A program made the translations under genes and the position numbers. The notes under the pieces were generated by a model. It made no database searches and was not told the DNA's origin. It saw only the letters and a list, made by a program, of their open reading frames with translations. DNA of 44,431 nucleotides from a virus. Lineage: Duplodnaviria > Caudoviricetes. Each line of letters starts with the position of its first letter. Positions within the stretch are counted from its first letter, which is position 1. Where the stretch lies: positions 1 to 44,431 of IMG/VR virus record IMGVR_UViG_3300010376_000060; one strand, written 5' to 3'. This document shows positions 9,353 to 19,298 of the stretch, piece by piece.

Positions 9353-9741
9353 TGGCGAAACCTAACATCAAGCCAGCGTTCCAGGCGGAATACATCGAGG
9401 GCAACTTCGTGCGCACCGTGATGGATATCACGGAGGATGTGAAGGTTCTCACCACGAACAACAGTGAGAAGAAGATCATCACGCGCAAGATCGTTCCGCG
9501 TAAGGAGAACTTCAAGGCTGGTTATATGCTGTACTTTCCTCAAGGGCACAGCATGTTCGTTGCCGAAGACGATAGAGAGCAGTTGGAACGGTTGGGCGTT
9601 CTCGATATCGTGCCTAACATCGATATGGAGAGCGGTGAATCTGTGCCCGATGACTTCAGCCTAACGCCGAAGGAGATCGTCGCACGCAAGACGCAGAACC
9701 GCCCGCGCCCACCGAGCGCCAACGCGCAGCTAGAGGAGTAA
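9352..9741 (+). CDS. Hypothetical protein (head module)
   Basis: GGAGGT RBS, TAATG coupling. Confidence 0.85.
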   Translation: MAKPNIKPAFQAEYIEGNFVRTVMDITEDVKVLTTNNSEKKIITRKIVPRKENFKAGYMLYFPQGHSMFVAEDDREQLERLGVLDIVPNIDMESGESVPDDFSLTPKEIVARKTQNRPRPPSANAQLEE

Positions 9742-9744
9742 CCG

Positions 9745-10422
9745 ATGCCTAATGTAATGAGTAACCCGACTGCCAACTTCCGCCTGACGAACAACTATGT
9801 GCCAGCGATGGCGTATTCGTCGGACGTGAATTACAACGGCGGAACGCGCGTCAACTTCGGTGCGCCCGTGGCCAACAACGCGACGCTCGTTGTCAATGCG
9901 ACCACTGCCTCTGCCGCCACCGTCGTCGATCTCACTGGCGTTGCGCAGTTCCCCGAACCATATGGTCGCGTGACTAGCGTCATCCTTAGTGGAGCGGGAT
10001 CGGGTACCGTGACGCTGCGTGGATGGGATTACATCGGGCAGCCGATCACCGAGAACCTCGTGCTGAACGGCGGAACTGCGGTCGTTGGGAAGAAAGCGTT
10101 CAAGTCGTTCGCTAACCTCACCATCCCGACAGTCGGTGCTGTAACGCTGAACCTCGGCAGCGGTGCTGGTCTCGGGCTGCCGTATAAGGCGCTACGGTGT
10201 CAGTTCGAGACTGCTGCTGGTGTTGCTGCTACGGCGGGAACGCTTACTGCACCCGTGCTTACCGATCCGGCGACCGCAGTCACTGGCGATCCACGCGGCA
10301 CATATGCGCCGACTACAGCATTCGACGGCACCACAGTCATCACCGCTATCTTCGACATGGCTAACGATGTGAACGCGGCAGGAAACGGCGGCTTGATGGG
10401 GATCAAGCAGTTCGGTTCCTGA
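9745..10422 (+). CDS. Probable capsid decoration / minor head protein
   Basis: Gly/Ala/Thr-rich beta protein after MCP; GAGGAG RBS. Confidence 0.6.
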   Translation: MPNVMSNPTANFRLTNNYVPAMAYSSDVNYNGGTRVNFGAPVANNATLVVNATTASAATVVDLTGVAQFPEPYGRVTSVILSGAGSGTVTLRGWDYIGQPITENLVLNGGTAVVGKKAFKSFANLTIPTVGAVTLNLGSGAGLGLPYKALRCQFETAAGVAATAGTLTAPVLTDPATAVTGDPRGTYAPTTAFDGTTVITAIFDMANDVNAAGNGGLMGIKQFGS

Positions 10423-10426
10423 GTGG

Positions 10427-10466
10427 GGTGGCGGCAGGGCTAAGTCCTTCCGGCTCTGCCGCCATT
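10427..10466 (+). terminator. GC-rich hairpin ending the head-gene block
   Basis: GGTGGCGGCAGGGC / GCTCTGCCGCCATT; no U tract, runs into a palindrome copy. Confidence 0.5.
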
Positions 10467-10476
10467 ACATTGTAAA
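10464..10476. promoter_or_regulatory. Palindromic site ATTACATTGTAAA
   Basis: Repeated motif, 11 bp before ATG 10488. Confidence 0.75.
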
Positions 10477-10487
10477 GCGGGGTAGCA

Positions 10488-11159
10488 ATGCCTGCTGTTG
10501 TCAGTGACATCATCAGCGCAGTAATCAACGAGCTATCGCAGGTTCCTGGCCTCGCGACGCAGGTGTATTCGACGCCACGCATCACGCAGTTCATCCAGAA
10601 CGCATTCCTCATGGAGATCGAGGAGATGTGGTGGAAGGACTACATGGCGATGTTTGGCCCGATACCGCTGGATGGATCGACAGGACTACTGACGCAAGAC
10701 CTCACAGGTCCGATTAGCAGCATCGACAACTATGGAGATATTCGTATCGCGTGGCCCGACACGAGCAACATTCGATTGGCGCAGCTACCGACAACCATGA
10801 ATCCGAGCACGCTCAGCGGTACCGGGCGGCTGTTCATGGATGCCGATTACACGATACCACACCGCCCAATGCGCGTGTTCCCGCAGGGCGCAGCGGGCAA
10901 CGTGATGATCCATGCGCGCCAGCGGAACAAGATGCCGATTACTTCGCGCGACACCGTGTATCTGGATGCGCTGCTACTCCAATACGACGCTGCGTGGATG
11001 TACTGCGTAGACGACGGCAGTGTTCCCGCGCAAGCGAACAAGTTCCAAGGGATGGCGGTTAAGCGACGACAACAGATGAAAAGCGCGCAAGCTATTCAGC
11101 CGCTGACACTCGATCCGCGCTTCCCCGCTGGTACCGATCAATGGTGGACGGTGCCCTGA
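10488..11159 (+). CDS. Head-tail adaptor (tail tubular protein A-like)
   Basis: 223 aa, N-terminal DIISAVINEL helix, position before nozzle. Confidence 0.7.
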   Translation: MPAVVSDIISAVINELSQVPGLATQVYSTPRITQFIQNAFLMEIEEMWWKDYMAMFGPIPLDGSTGLLTQDLTGPISSIDNYGDIRIAWPDTSNIRLAQLPTTMNPSTLSGTGRLFMDADYTIPHRPMRVFPQGAAGNVMIHARQRNKMPITSRDTVYLDALLLQYDAAWMYCVDDGSVPAQANKFQGMAVKRRQQMKSAQAIQPLTLDPRFPAGTDQWWTVP

Positions 11160-12850
11160 TGTATCTGACGAAGGAATTTAACCAACGGACGGTTGGGGCG
11201 ACGGAGCGCCTGCAAACGAGCACGATCCGTAGCTACGACGGCGGACTGAATGTTGCCGACACCGATCTCAACATGTCACCGAAGTTCGCCAAGGTGCTCG
11301 ATAACGTAGAGCGCGGCACCGACGGAACGCTGAGCATCCGCCCTGGCACGAAGTACTTTGCAACAGTCGGTGGATCAAGCGTAGCGATCGTCAACGTCTA
11401 CTACTTCAATGGCTATGTCATCGTGGTGAAGACCGATGGCACGTTCTGGAAAGTAGACGGTAGCGGTGCTGTAACGCCGATGACGCTGGTTGTCGGCGGC
11501 GGTAATCCATTCACCAGCGGTACGCAGTTCGTTAGCTTCACTATCTTCAACAGCGATCTCATCGTTGCCAATGGGAAAGACAAGCCGATCCTGATTAGTG
11601 GCAACCCGAGCAACGCTAACTACATGAAGCCGGATTTCCTACAGGACCTAGCGAGCGGAAGCAATGTCAACACGCCAGTTGGAGCTTTCGTTATCGCCCA
11701 CGGGCAATACACGTGCATCGCAGGAATCTCAGCGCAACCAAGTTACCTATTTATCAGCGCCAAGGGAACAAGCGGAACGTGGCTTAGCGATCCAATTCCA
11801 AATGACGCGATTGCAATGGACCTTGGCCCTCGCGTATCTCTTGGCAGTGCAACTATCACTGGTATGGTCGCTTATCGTGATAAGTTGCTCGTGGCTTTCG
11901 AGCGCGGCGTTCTGCCGATGAACCTCGGCATCTACACGACAGACGCTACACCAGTTCACGTACCTACAGATGATGGCTTCATCGAGGAATACGGCTGTCT
12001 GTCACATCGAACACTCATCAGCCTTGGTGACGACACGTATTACGCTGACAACGTTGGTGTCAATAGCGCGACGCGGCTAGCGTTCTATAATACGCTGCGT
12101 GCTTTGCGCGTGTCGCAGTTAGTCGATCCACTCATCACGCCGATGATGACGGCGCTGAGTCAGGCGCAGATAACGCAGTTCGTGTTTGCGATCTACGATC
12201 TACGGCACTTTCGATACATGCTGTTCATTCCGTCGTTCGCCTCAGATGGCGTCACTGTCACCGAGACCATCGGTTTCAGTTACACCAACATCCCGACGCT
12301 GAAGGTAGCAGCATGGGCGCGGCTGCGCGGATGGACGTGGCGCTGCGCATGCAGGACAGCGCTACAGAATATCGTGTTCGGCGGAGGCAACAAGCTCTAT
12401 ACCTACGATTTCGACGATACCGACACGAACATCGATTTCAATGGCGATACTGACATCAACAGTGGTAAGGGCGTCCCGGTATCATTCACCTGGGAACTGC
12501 CGTGGGCCGACTTCCAGGCGCGGACGAACACCAAGACAGTTCGTTATATCGGCCTCGACACTAAGGGAACGGGCGAGTTCACCTGTGAGATGTATGTAGA
12601 CAACTACTACAACAACGCCACCACGCCTATGCTATCGATGACCATGGTGGCTGGTGACGCTGCTGGCTACGGCAGTCAGTTGTATGGCGACTCGCCGTAT
12701 GGTGGTGGTAGGCGCTCATCAGACGAACGGCTCTACGCGTTCAACACCAAATTCAAGCTGATGAAGCTGCGATTCTACGGCACGACCAATTACAAAGTAA
12801 AGTTCGTAAGCATCAGCGTCAACTACTTGCGCGGGAGCATTAGACGCTAA
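11159..12850 (+). CDS. Tail nozzle / tubular protein B-like (P22 gp10-type)
   Basis: GGLN...LDNV...GTLSIRPGT N-terminus, GCLS motif, beta-propeller-like; TGATG overlap. Confidence 0.8.
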   Translation: MYLTKEFNQRTVGATERLQTSTIRSYDGGLNVADTDLNMSPKFAKVLDNVERGTDGTLSIRPGTKYFATVGGSSVAIVNVYYFNGYVIVVKTDGTFWKVDGSGAVTPMTLVVGGGNPFTSGTQFVSFTIFNSDLIVANGKDKPILISGNPSNANYMKPDFLQDLASGSNVNTPVGAFVIAHGQYTCIAGISAQPSYLFISAKGTSGTWLSDPIPNDAIAMDLGPRVSLGSATITGMVAYRDKLLVAFERGVLPMNLGIYTTDATPVHVPTDDGFIEEYGCLSHRTLISLGDDTYYADNVGVNSATRLAFYNTLRALRVSQLVDPLITPMMTALSQAQITQFVFAIYDLRHFRYMLFIPSFASDGVTVTETIGFSYTNIPTLKVAAWARLRGWTWRCACRTALQNIVFGGGNKLYTYDFDDTDTNIDFNGDTDINSGKGVPVSFTWELPWADFQARTNTKTVRYIGLDTKGTGEFTCEMYVDNYYNNATTPMLSMTMVAGDAAGYGSQLYGDSPYGGGRRSSDERLYAFNTKFKLMKLRFYGTTNYKVKFVSISVNYLRGSIRR

Positions 12851-14298
12851 TGGACTACACACCGATATTCAAGCTGCATCTGCCCGACTTCGACTATGAG
12901 CCGTGGGATGGCGATGTCAACGGCAACTTCTCCGTTATTGACGCTGCGCTCAGCACCATCACGTCGGTTCCTGGGTTTATCGGGCTTTGGACCAACTCCA
13001 CAGCCTATTATATCGGACAGACGGTACTCGATAACACTGATGGGTCGTTCTGGACAGCGCAAGTTAACAACACGAGCGCTGCTACACCCACGACGTTCGC
13101 GCAGGATCGCAGTGCGCGTCCGGGCTATTGGCTGAAGGTAGTCAACAGCGCACAGGAATACGCGCAGGATGCGGAGAACGCGTGGACACAGTTCCACTCT
13201 ACTTGGTTCGGTGCGCTTAGTGGTCCACCGACTACTGATCCATACGGCAACCCGCTGACAGCCGGTGATACGTACTTCGACACAGGGCAACAGCAGTTGC
13301 TCGTGTGGACTGGCACCGATTGGGTTGGCTCGACAAGCGACGTGATTATTTCCGCTAACCCACCGACCAGCGCTACGCAGGGTGAGTTGTGGTGGGATAG
13401 CTCAGCTACCGGATTGTTCGTCTACTACAACGGACAGTGGGTCGAGACGAATGGCGACCTGCTAAACGGCGGGACGATCAGCGGCAATCTCGTCGTAACG
13501 GGAGTGTTGCAAGCAGGCACGCTAGCTGTGGGCGTTGCGAATTACTCCACGCTGTCTGCAACATCGCTCACTGTCTCTGGCTCTGCATATATCCACCAAC
13601 TCAGGCAGGCGCTTGACGCTGGTGGGAATAACATCACTGGCGTCTCTACACTGAGCGCGAATACCGTTCAAGCTACCGGCACCATGACAGCCGGAACGCT
13701 GGTATCGACAGCGGGGAGCAAGCTCGCTCCATTGACGCAAGACCTCAATGCAAATAATCACAACATCCTGGGCATCAATACAGCGGACATAACGGCACTC
13801 GCTGCTACCAACATAACCGCTGGCATCAACGTAAGTGCGCCCAATATCACATCGACCAGCGGTAGCTGGCTCGCGCCGCTACAACAGAATCTCAGCGCCA
13901 ACAATTACAACGTCACTAACATCAATACGCTAACAGCTTCGGTCTTTGCGGCGGTAATCGGCAACATCGGTACCTTCGGAGTCGATACACAGCTTATAAT
14001 CGATCAGGGCACCGGATTCACCTGGACCCACTCCGTAACGGGCGGTAGATTTGTGGAGTCATTCATCTCAGGAAGCTATTGGCAATACGATCCAAGTGAC
14101 GGAGCGTATACTTGGTATACCGGAGGCAGTTCTTCTTCGTTCTTAGCGATGGAGCTAACTGGGGGCGGCAATTTGCTAGTGCATGGCACTGTGACACCGG
14201 GTGGAGTGCTGCTGCAAGATGGCGATGCATCGATCGATCTGCTCACAGAGATTAAGCAACTGCGTGCGCGTATAGCTGTGCTAGAGGCACGATCGTAG
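12850..14298 (+). CDS. Tail fibre / branching adaptor fibre
   Basis: W.NSTAY.IG module, two PP..G(D/E).(Y/W)(F/W)D...W modules, three L.Q.L.A...N(I/V) repeats, C-terminal coiled coil. Confidence 0.75.
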   Translation: MDYTPIFKLHLPDFDYEPWDGDVNGNFSVIDAALSTITSVPGFIGLWTNSTAYYIGQTVLDNTDGSFWTAQVNNTSAATPTTFAQDRSARPGYWLKVVNSAQEYAQDAENAWTQFHSTWFGALSGPPTTDPYGNPLTAGDTYFDTGQQQLLVWTGTDWVGSTSDVIISANPPTSATQGELWWDSSATGLFVYYNGQWVETNGDLLNGGTISGNLVVTGVLQAGTLAVGVANYSTLSATSLTVSGSAYIHQLRQALDAGGNNITGVSTLSANTVQATGTMTAGTLVSTAGSKLAPLTQDLNANNHNILGINTADITALAATNITAGINVSAPNITSTSGSWLAPLQQNLSANNYNVTNINTLTASVFAAVIGNIGTFGVDTQLIIDQGTGFTWTHSVTGGRFVESFISGSYWQYDPSDGAYTWYTGGSSSSFLAMELTGGGNLLVHGTVTPGGVLLQDGDASIDLLTEIKQLRARIAVLEARS

Positions 14299-14300
14299 CC

Positions 14301-16637
14301 ATGGACTTCACATTCCCTCCCGCGCCGGTATACGGACAAGAAGTAACAGCGCCTAACGGCGAGACCTACCTCTGGGATGGCGAGAAGTGGATTGCAGTAG
14401 CGCCTGATACATCGAGCATCCCGCCGTCCAACATCACGCCGATCATGGATGGCGTCGGCAATATCGGCACGCTTCATCTGTACACGCTTGCGGACCACGT
14501 TCATCCGTCCGATACGTCTCGTCTACCGATAGCCGGTGGTACGATGACGGGGGCGCTCAACTATACCGCGACCGGCGGCAGTGCGTCGCGCAGCGCGCAG
14601 GCCCGCGCGGCGGAAGTCGTCAATGTTCGTGACTTCGGCGTCGTCGCCGATGGTGTGACGAACGACTACACAGCACTGAACGCGGCGGTCACTTACGCCC
14701 AGAGCCACGCACCCTGCACGCTCTATTTCCCGCCCTCGCGCAATCCGATCATGCTCGGGCAGTCGGTCACGGTCTTTGCCACCTTCTCCGGCTGCACGAT
14801 GTGGGCCTATCCGGGGACGGTGGTCATTAAGCCGCTGACGAGCAATTCGACTAATCCCGTGCTGTTCACCTTCCAGAACACGACAACGGCTGGCATTGTC
14901 ATTTATGGTCTGACGTTCGATGGCGGGAGCTGCACATATACGGGCAGTTCGGCGGGCGGTTGGACCCCGTCTGGGCCGGACTTCGGCACGGCTAATCCGG
15001 CCATCACGGCGTTCCAGTGCAACAATATCACGCTCGATCACTGCTTGTTCCAGAATTGCCGCGGGCAGGCGTGGAACGGCAGCCAGCTCAATGATTTCGT
15101 GGTGCGAGACTGCACGTTCGTTAATATCGGCAATCACTGGAAATCGTCGCTTGTTGCAGGTGACAGGCGGCAGTGCCTGACGAACAGTAACACGTTGGGG
15201 CAAACGACTTGGGGAAACCGGAGCACGATCGCCCGCTGCAATTTCAGTGATATCGGTTATGGAGCGATCAACTTACAGAACATCCGTGACTTGGCGATTT
15301 TGAATAACCGCATCACGAACAATCAGCAGCAGTATCGGTCGGCGATGACCGTGACGCTTGGAGATGTTCCTGGAGACATCCTCGTTCTCTATAGCTCGAA
15401 CGTGCAGGTGAGCGATAATTTCAGCACTACCAATGGCGACGGGGTGGATCTCTGCGGCGTGTACAATGCTGTAGTAGCCGACAATATGTTTCGGGACTGC
15501 GCTGGGTGCGGCGTCGGCATTTTCGATGGCCACAGTTACGCGGGAGGCGCTTACCCGACTGGCAACATCACTGTCACCGGTAACACGGTCATCAACACCA
15601 GTCTGGCTAACGCCTATATGGCTGGCATCAATCCCTGGACGGGCGGCGTTTCGTTCAGCGGCAAGTTCCAGACAGTCGATGATGTCCGCATTACTAACAA
15701 CATCATGATCGACCGGCAGCCACCGTGGGTGGCGAGTCGGGCATATGGTGTCGGCCAGAGCATTACCGACGGCACTCGCACGCAAACAGTGCAGACTGCG
15801 GGCACGACAGGAGCAACGGTCCCGACTTGGGCGACGACGCTCGGGGCAACGACAAACGACGGCTCGGTAGTGTGGGTAGCAGGGCCGACGCCGCAGCAGC
15901 AGTACGGCGTGATGTTCGATCAGACGGCGGACGGTCTGCTACCGCCGACAAACATCTGGATTGACGACAGCAACGTCTTCACATGGACGACGGCGAAATA
16001 TTCTTCGGGCATAACGCCGCTGTCGATGGGTGGGGTTAGTTCTGTCACTGCTGGCAATGGTTTGAGCGGCGGCACGATCACAACAGCAGGGACGATCTCA
16101 CTGACGACGCCAGTGGCGATTGCGAGCGGTGGCACTGGGGCAACGACAGCCAACGCGGCATTGACGGCTCTCGGGGCGTTCCCAGCAGCCGGTGGAACTA
16201 TTACTGGCTCTGAGACGATCAGCAGCGGTGGCCTAGCGATCACGGGCGGTGCTGCATCGACTGGTCTGAGCCTGGGCAGCGTGTTTGCATCGAGCACGAT
16301 TGATCTGAGTAAGCATATCGCGTTGTACAGCACCACGCAGGGCATCTGTAGCACGTCTGGACAGATGAATATCGTGGTCGGTGGTGCGACAGCCTTGGCG
16401 CTTACGAACGGGACCTGCACATTTGTCGCCGGTGTCGTCGCCAATAACCAGGTGCAGTCGAGCGCCGCAAATGGATTCATCGTTGGTGTCGGAGGCCCGA
16501 CGATTCGCAGTGGCGCGGGAGCGGCTACCGGAACGCAGCCGAACGGCAGCCTGTGGCTGCGCAACGATGGCACCACGGGCGCGCGTCTTTATGTGAGTGC
16601 CGGCGGCGGCACCTGGGCCGCGGTGGCGGGGGTGTAA
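14301..16637 (+). CDS. Tailspike 1 (pectate-lyase-like beta-helix, putative depolymerase)
   Basis: VVNVRDFGVVADGVTNDYTAL motif, Asn-ladder repeats. Confidence 0.85.
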   Translation: MDFTFPPAPVYGQEVTAPNGETYLWDGEKWIAVAPDTSSIPPSNITPIMDGVGNIGTLHLYTLADHVHPSDTSRLPIAGGTMTGALNYTATGGSASRSAQARAAEVVNVRDFGVVADGVTNDYTALNAAVTYAQSHAPCTLYFPPSRNPIMLGQSVTVFATFSGCTMWAYPGTVVIKPLTSNSTNPVLFTFQNTTTAGIVIYGLTFDGGSCTYTGSSAGGWTPSGPDFGTANPAITAFQCNNITLDHCLFQNCRGQAWNGSQLNDFVVRDCTFVNIGNHWKSSLVAGDRRQCLTNSNTLGQTTWGNRSTIARCNFSDIGYGAINLQNIRDLAILNNRITNNQQQYRSAMTVTLGDVPGDILVLYSSNVQVSDNFSTTNGDGVDLCGVYNAVVADNMFRDCAGCGVGIFDGHSYAGGAYPTGNITVTGNTVINTSLANAYMAGINPWTGGVSFSGKFQTVDDVRITNNIMIDRQPPWVASRAYGVGQSITDGTRTQTVQTAGTTGATVPTWATTLGATTNDGSVVWVAGPTPQQQYGVMFDQTADGLLPPTNIWIDDSNVFTWTTAKYSSGITPLSMGGVSSVTAGNGLSGGTITTAGTISLTTPVAIASGGTGATTANAALTALGAFPAAGGTITGSETISSGGLAITGGAASTGLSLGSVFASSTIDLSKHIALYSTTQGICSTSGQMNIVVGGATALALTNGTCTFVAGVVANNQVQSSAANGFIVGVGGPTIRSGAGAATGTQPNGSLWLRNDGTTGARLYVSAGGGTWAAVAGV

Positions 16638-16638
16638 G

Positions 16639-19191
16639 ATGAACGTAATCACTCCAATGTCTACTGACTTCGACTTCCCGACGAATCCAATGTTGGGCGA
16701 TCAAGTTATTGCGCCGAATGGTACAGTGTTCACATGGGATGGCGAGAAGTGGGTCATCGAAGGCTACACTGGTACCTCTACTCTCTTAAGCAACTATGTC
16801 AACGTCGTGCAATTCGGCGCCAAGCTCGACGGCGTGACCGACGACAGCGCTGCATTCTTAGCGGCGCGAAATGCGGCACAGGCGATGGCGGGACCGAACG
16901 GAACTCCCATTGTTTACGTGCCGACCGGCATCTACAACGTCCCTACGCCACCAGCGCCATCGCTGCCCCCCGTTACGTGGAAGATGGACGGCGTTGTCGA
17001 TACTCGTTCGCCGCCGTTGCCGGTTGGAACGACATGGCCAAGTGGGCCTTTGGCTGGAACGCTGGTCACGCCCTTTACGATGGGCGATCAGATCGAGAAC
17101 TATGTTAACGGCCAAAAGTTTATTCAGCGCACCGATATCTCTGCTCCGGGGTGGCAGGCGAACACCAATTACGCTGCTGGGACGCAGATTTCGGATGGGG
17201 CGCATTTTCATACTGCACAGAATACCGGCGTGAGCGGGGCCAGGTTTCCTGCTCAGTGGGGAACGACGCTTGGTGCCACAACGGTTGATAACACCATTAC
17301 GTGGGCGGTATCGGCGCTTCCCAATATGACTCCGGTCGTGCGCGTCGAGCATAGTGGGCAAGGTTCGTCGAACAGCGCCAACCTTACGCAATGGTGGGAC
17401 ACGACGGGTGCTGGCTTTCCCATTGGCCTCAGCACCATCGGAACTTTGCTTGGGGTCGGCTTTGGAGAGCCCGTCGATACTGTCGACAGTTTGCTCGGAA
17501 CCGGTTCGGGACAGCCGGTCGGCATTGGTTCGACTATCTGGCGGCGTAAAGGAGCATCGAAGGGTTTTGCATATTGGAGCCACTTTGTCGACTTAACCGG
17601 ATTGGGTACGAAGCATGCAGCAAGCAGCATTGGCTGCGAAAGCGACTTGTTTCAAAATGGCCCGGAATATGGTCCAAAGGGCATGCCGTATTCTGCGTAT
17701 GTTCCGCGCTTCGGAGGACGGACACACTGGTATTATATTACAGGCAATGGCTTGCCCGCGTGGAGTGCAAACCACGCTTACAGCGTCGGCGATGTCATTA
17801 CCGACTGGAACTCCACCCAGATATGTGTGATTGCGGGAACGAGCGGAGCGGTGCAACCGAATCCAACCGGACACTGGTTGGCGAATCGCAGTTATCCGCT
17901 TGGTGCGCAGATCATCGATAGCAACGGTAATTTTCAAAGTGTGCAAGTCGCTGGCAGAGCTGGTACGACAGCGCCGGTTTGGGCGACAGCCGTTGGTGGG
18001 ACCACAACCGAGAATGCTGGTACTGTCATTGCCTTGACGTGGGTAATGGTTGCGCCGGTCTCCACGACATGGGCATTGTCGCTGCCCGACTGGCATCCTA
18101 ACTCAACGTATGCCGTCGGCGAGTTCATCCTCGACCTAAATCTTAACATCCAGACGGTAACGACAGCCGGAGTGAGCGGGTTGGGGCGTCCGACCTGGGC
18201 AACGGCACTCGGAGCCACGACTACTGATGGGACCGTCGTGTGGCAGGTCACTGCGCCAGGATCAACTGGCAGGACTAATGACGGAACGGTCGTCTGGTTG
18301 GCGGGAACGACGCATAACTCACAGGTTTCGCGTGCGATCGGTATCACTGCGTCGCCAGGGCACTCGCACGGTGCTGGATTGCTCGCGGAGGGGACGTACT
18401 ATGATGCCGTGATCGAGATGTCGGGAGCAACTTACGATAACGTAACTAATCCAAACACGGCTGCGATCCGCATAGGTTCCGACGCGCCGATTGATTTCAG
18501 TGGTAGCCAAACTCAGGCAGGGCAGAACAATCGCACACTGAAATATAATTCGACATCGAACGCGCTGGAATATGCTTACCACGGCACGCCGAGGTTGTCG
18601 CTTAATGACAGCGGCAGTGTGATGTTTAGTCTTGGAGGTAGTCAGCCGATCATCATTGATGGCCAGCCCACTAATTATATATCTTGGCGGGATGGTGGGC
18701 ATCAACGCTGGCAAGTGGTGCTGAGTGCGCATAGTCCTCCGCTGTGGTTGGCGAATACCGCTTATCCGACTGCTGGAGCACAGATATTCGACGGCACGAA
18801 CATCCAACAGGTCCTGACGACGGGAACGAGCGGGGCAACGGCTCCGACGTGGGCGACCTCCGGGAACACGAGTGATGGCACCGTGGTCTGGCAATATGTG
18901 AGTGCGCCGCCGACTTCCAACGCCGGCGGTGATCTGACTTTTCAACGCTATTCGGATGCCGGAACTTATCTTGGGACGCCACTTTCGTTGTCTCGCTCGA
19001 CTGGAGCAGTGACGATCGGGACTGGGGGTCTTGCGTTGGGTACAGCTGGCCAGACCATAAATGGAGGCATAGGTGCTGCAACCGGCACGCAGCCAAAGGG
19101 CAGCATCTGGATGCGCACTGATGGTGGAGTCGGCACCACGATGTACGTGTCGCAGGGTTCGGGTATATGGAATGCCGTGGCGGGGGTATGA
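16639..19191 (+). CDS. Tailspike/fibre 2 with five Trp-bounded modules
   Basis: YVNVVQFGAKLDGVTDDSAAF motif; N- and C-termini shared with tailspike 1; start 16639 or 16657. Confidence 0.85.
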   Translation: MNVITPMSTDFDFPTNPMLGDQVIAPNGTVFTWDGEKWVIEGYTGTSTLLSNYVNVVQFGAKLDGVTDDSAAFLAARNAAQAMAGPNGTPIVYVPTGIYNVPTPPAPSLPPVTWKMDGVVDTRSPPLPVGTTWPSGPLAGTLVTPFTMGDQIENYVNGQKFIQRTDISAPGWQANTNYAAGTQISDGAHFHTAQNTGVSGARFPAQWGTTLGATTVDNTITWAVSALPNMTPVVRVEHSGQGSSNSANLTQWWDTTGAGFPIGLSTIGTLLGVGFGEPVDTVDSLLGTGSGQPVGIGSTIWRRKGASKGFAYWSHFVDLTGLGTKHAASSIGCESDLFQNGPEYGPKGMPYSAYVPRFGGRTHWYYITGNGLPAWSANHAYSVGDVITDWNSTQICVIAGTSGAVQPNPTGHWLANRSYPLGAQIIDSNGNFQSVQVAGRAGTTAPVWATAVGGTTTENAGTVIALTWVMVAPVSTTWALSLPDWHPNSTYAVGEFILDLNLNIQTVTTAGVSGLGRPTWATALGATTTDGTVVWQVTAPGSTGRTNDGTVVWLAGTTHNSQVSRAIGITASPGHSHGAGLLAEGTYYDAVIEMSGATYDNVTNPNTAAIRIGSDAPIDFSGSQTQAGQNNRTLKYNSTSNALEYAYHGTPRLSLNDSGSVMFSLGGSQPIIIDGQPTNYISWRDGGHQRWQVVLSAHSPPLWLANTAYPTAGAQIFDGTNIQQVLTTGTSGATAPTWATSGNTSDGTVVWQYVSAPPTSNAGGDLTFQRYSDAGTYLGTPLSLSRSTGAVTIGTGGLALGTAGQTINGGIGAATGTQPKGSIWMRTDGGVGTTMYVSQGSGIWNAVAGV

Positions 19192-19192
19192 A

Positions 19193-19258
19193 ATGAGTCC
19201 CATCGATGCTATACTCGTTGCGCCCATCCTCCTGTTTCCATTTGGTTACAGGTTCTGA
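19193..19258 (+). CDS. Possible 21-aa hydrophobic peptide MSPIDAILVAPILLFPFGYRF
   Basis: ATG 1 nt after the tailspike stop; very short. Confidence 0.25.
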   Translation: MSPIDAILVAPILLFPFGYRF

Positions 19259-19265
19259 TGCACCC

Positions 19266-19278
19266 TTTACAATGTAAT
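19266..19278. promoter_or_regulatory. Palindromic site TTTACAATGTAAT
   Basis: Repeated motif, just upstream of the AAGGAG RBS of 19299. Confidence 0.75.
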
Positions 19279-19298
19279 GACCCAGAAGGAGAGTAGTC

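Noticed and set aside
14301-19191. Diversity-generating retroelement acting on the tailspikes
   Set aside because: No reverse transcriptase; repeats differ at all bases rather than only adenines, and there is no near-identical template repeat
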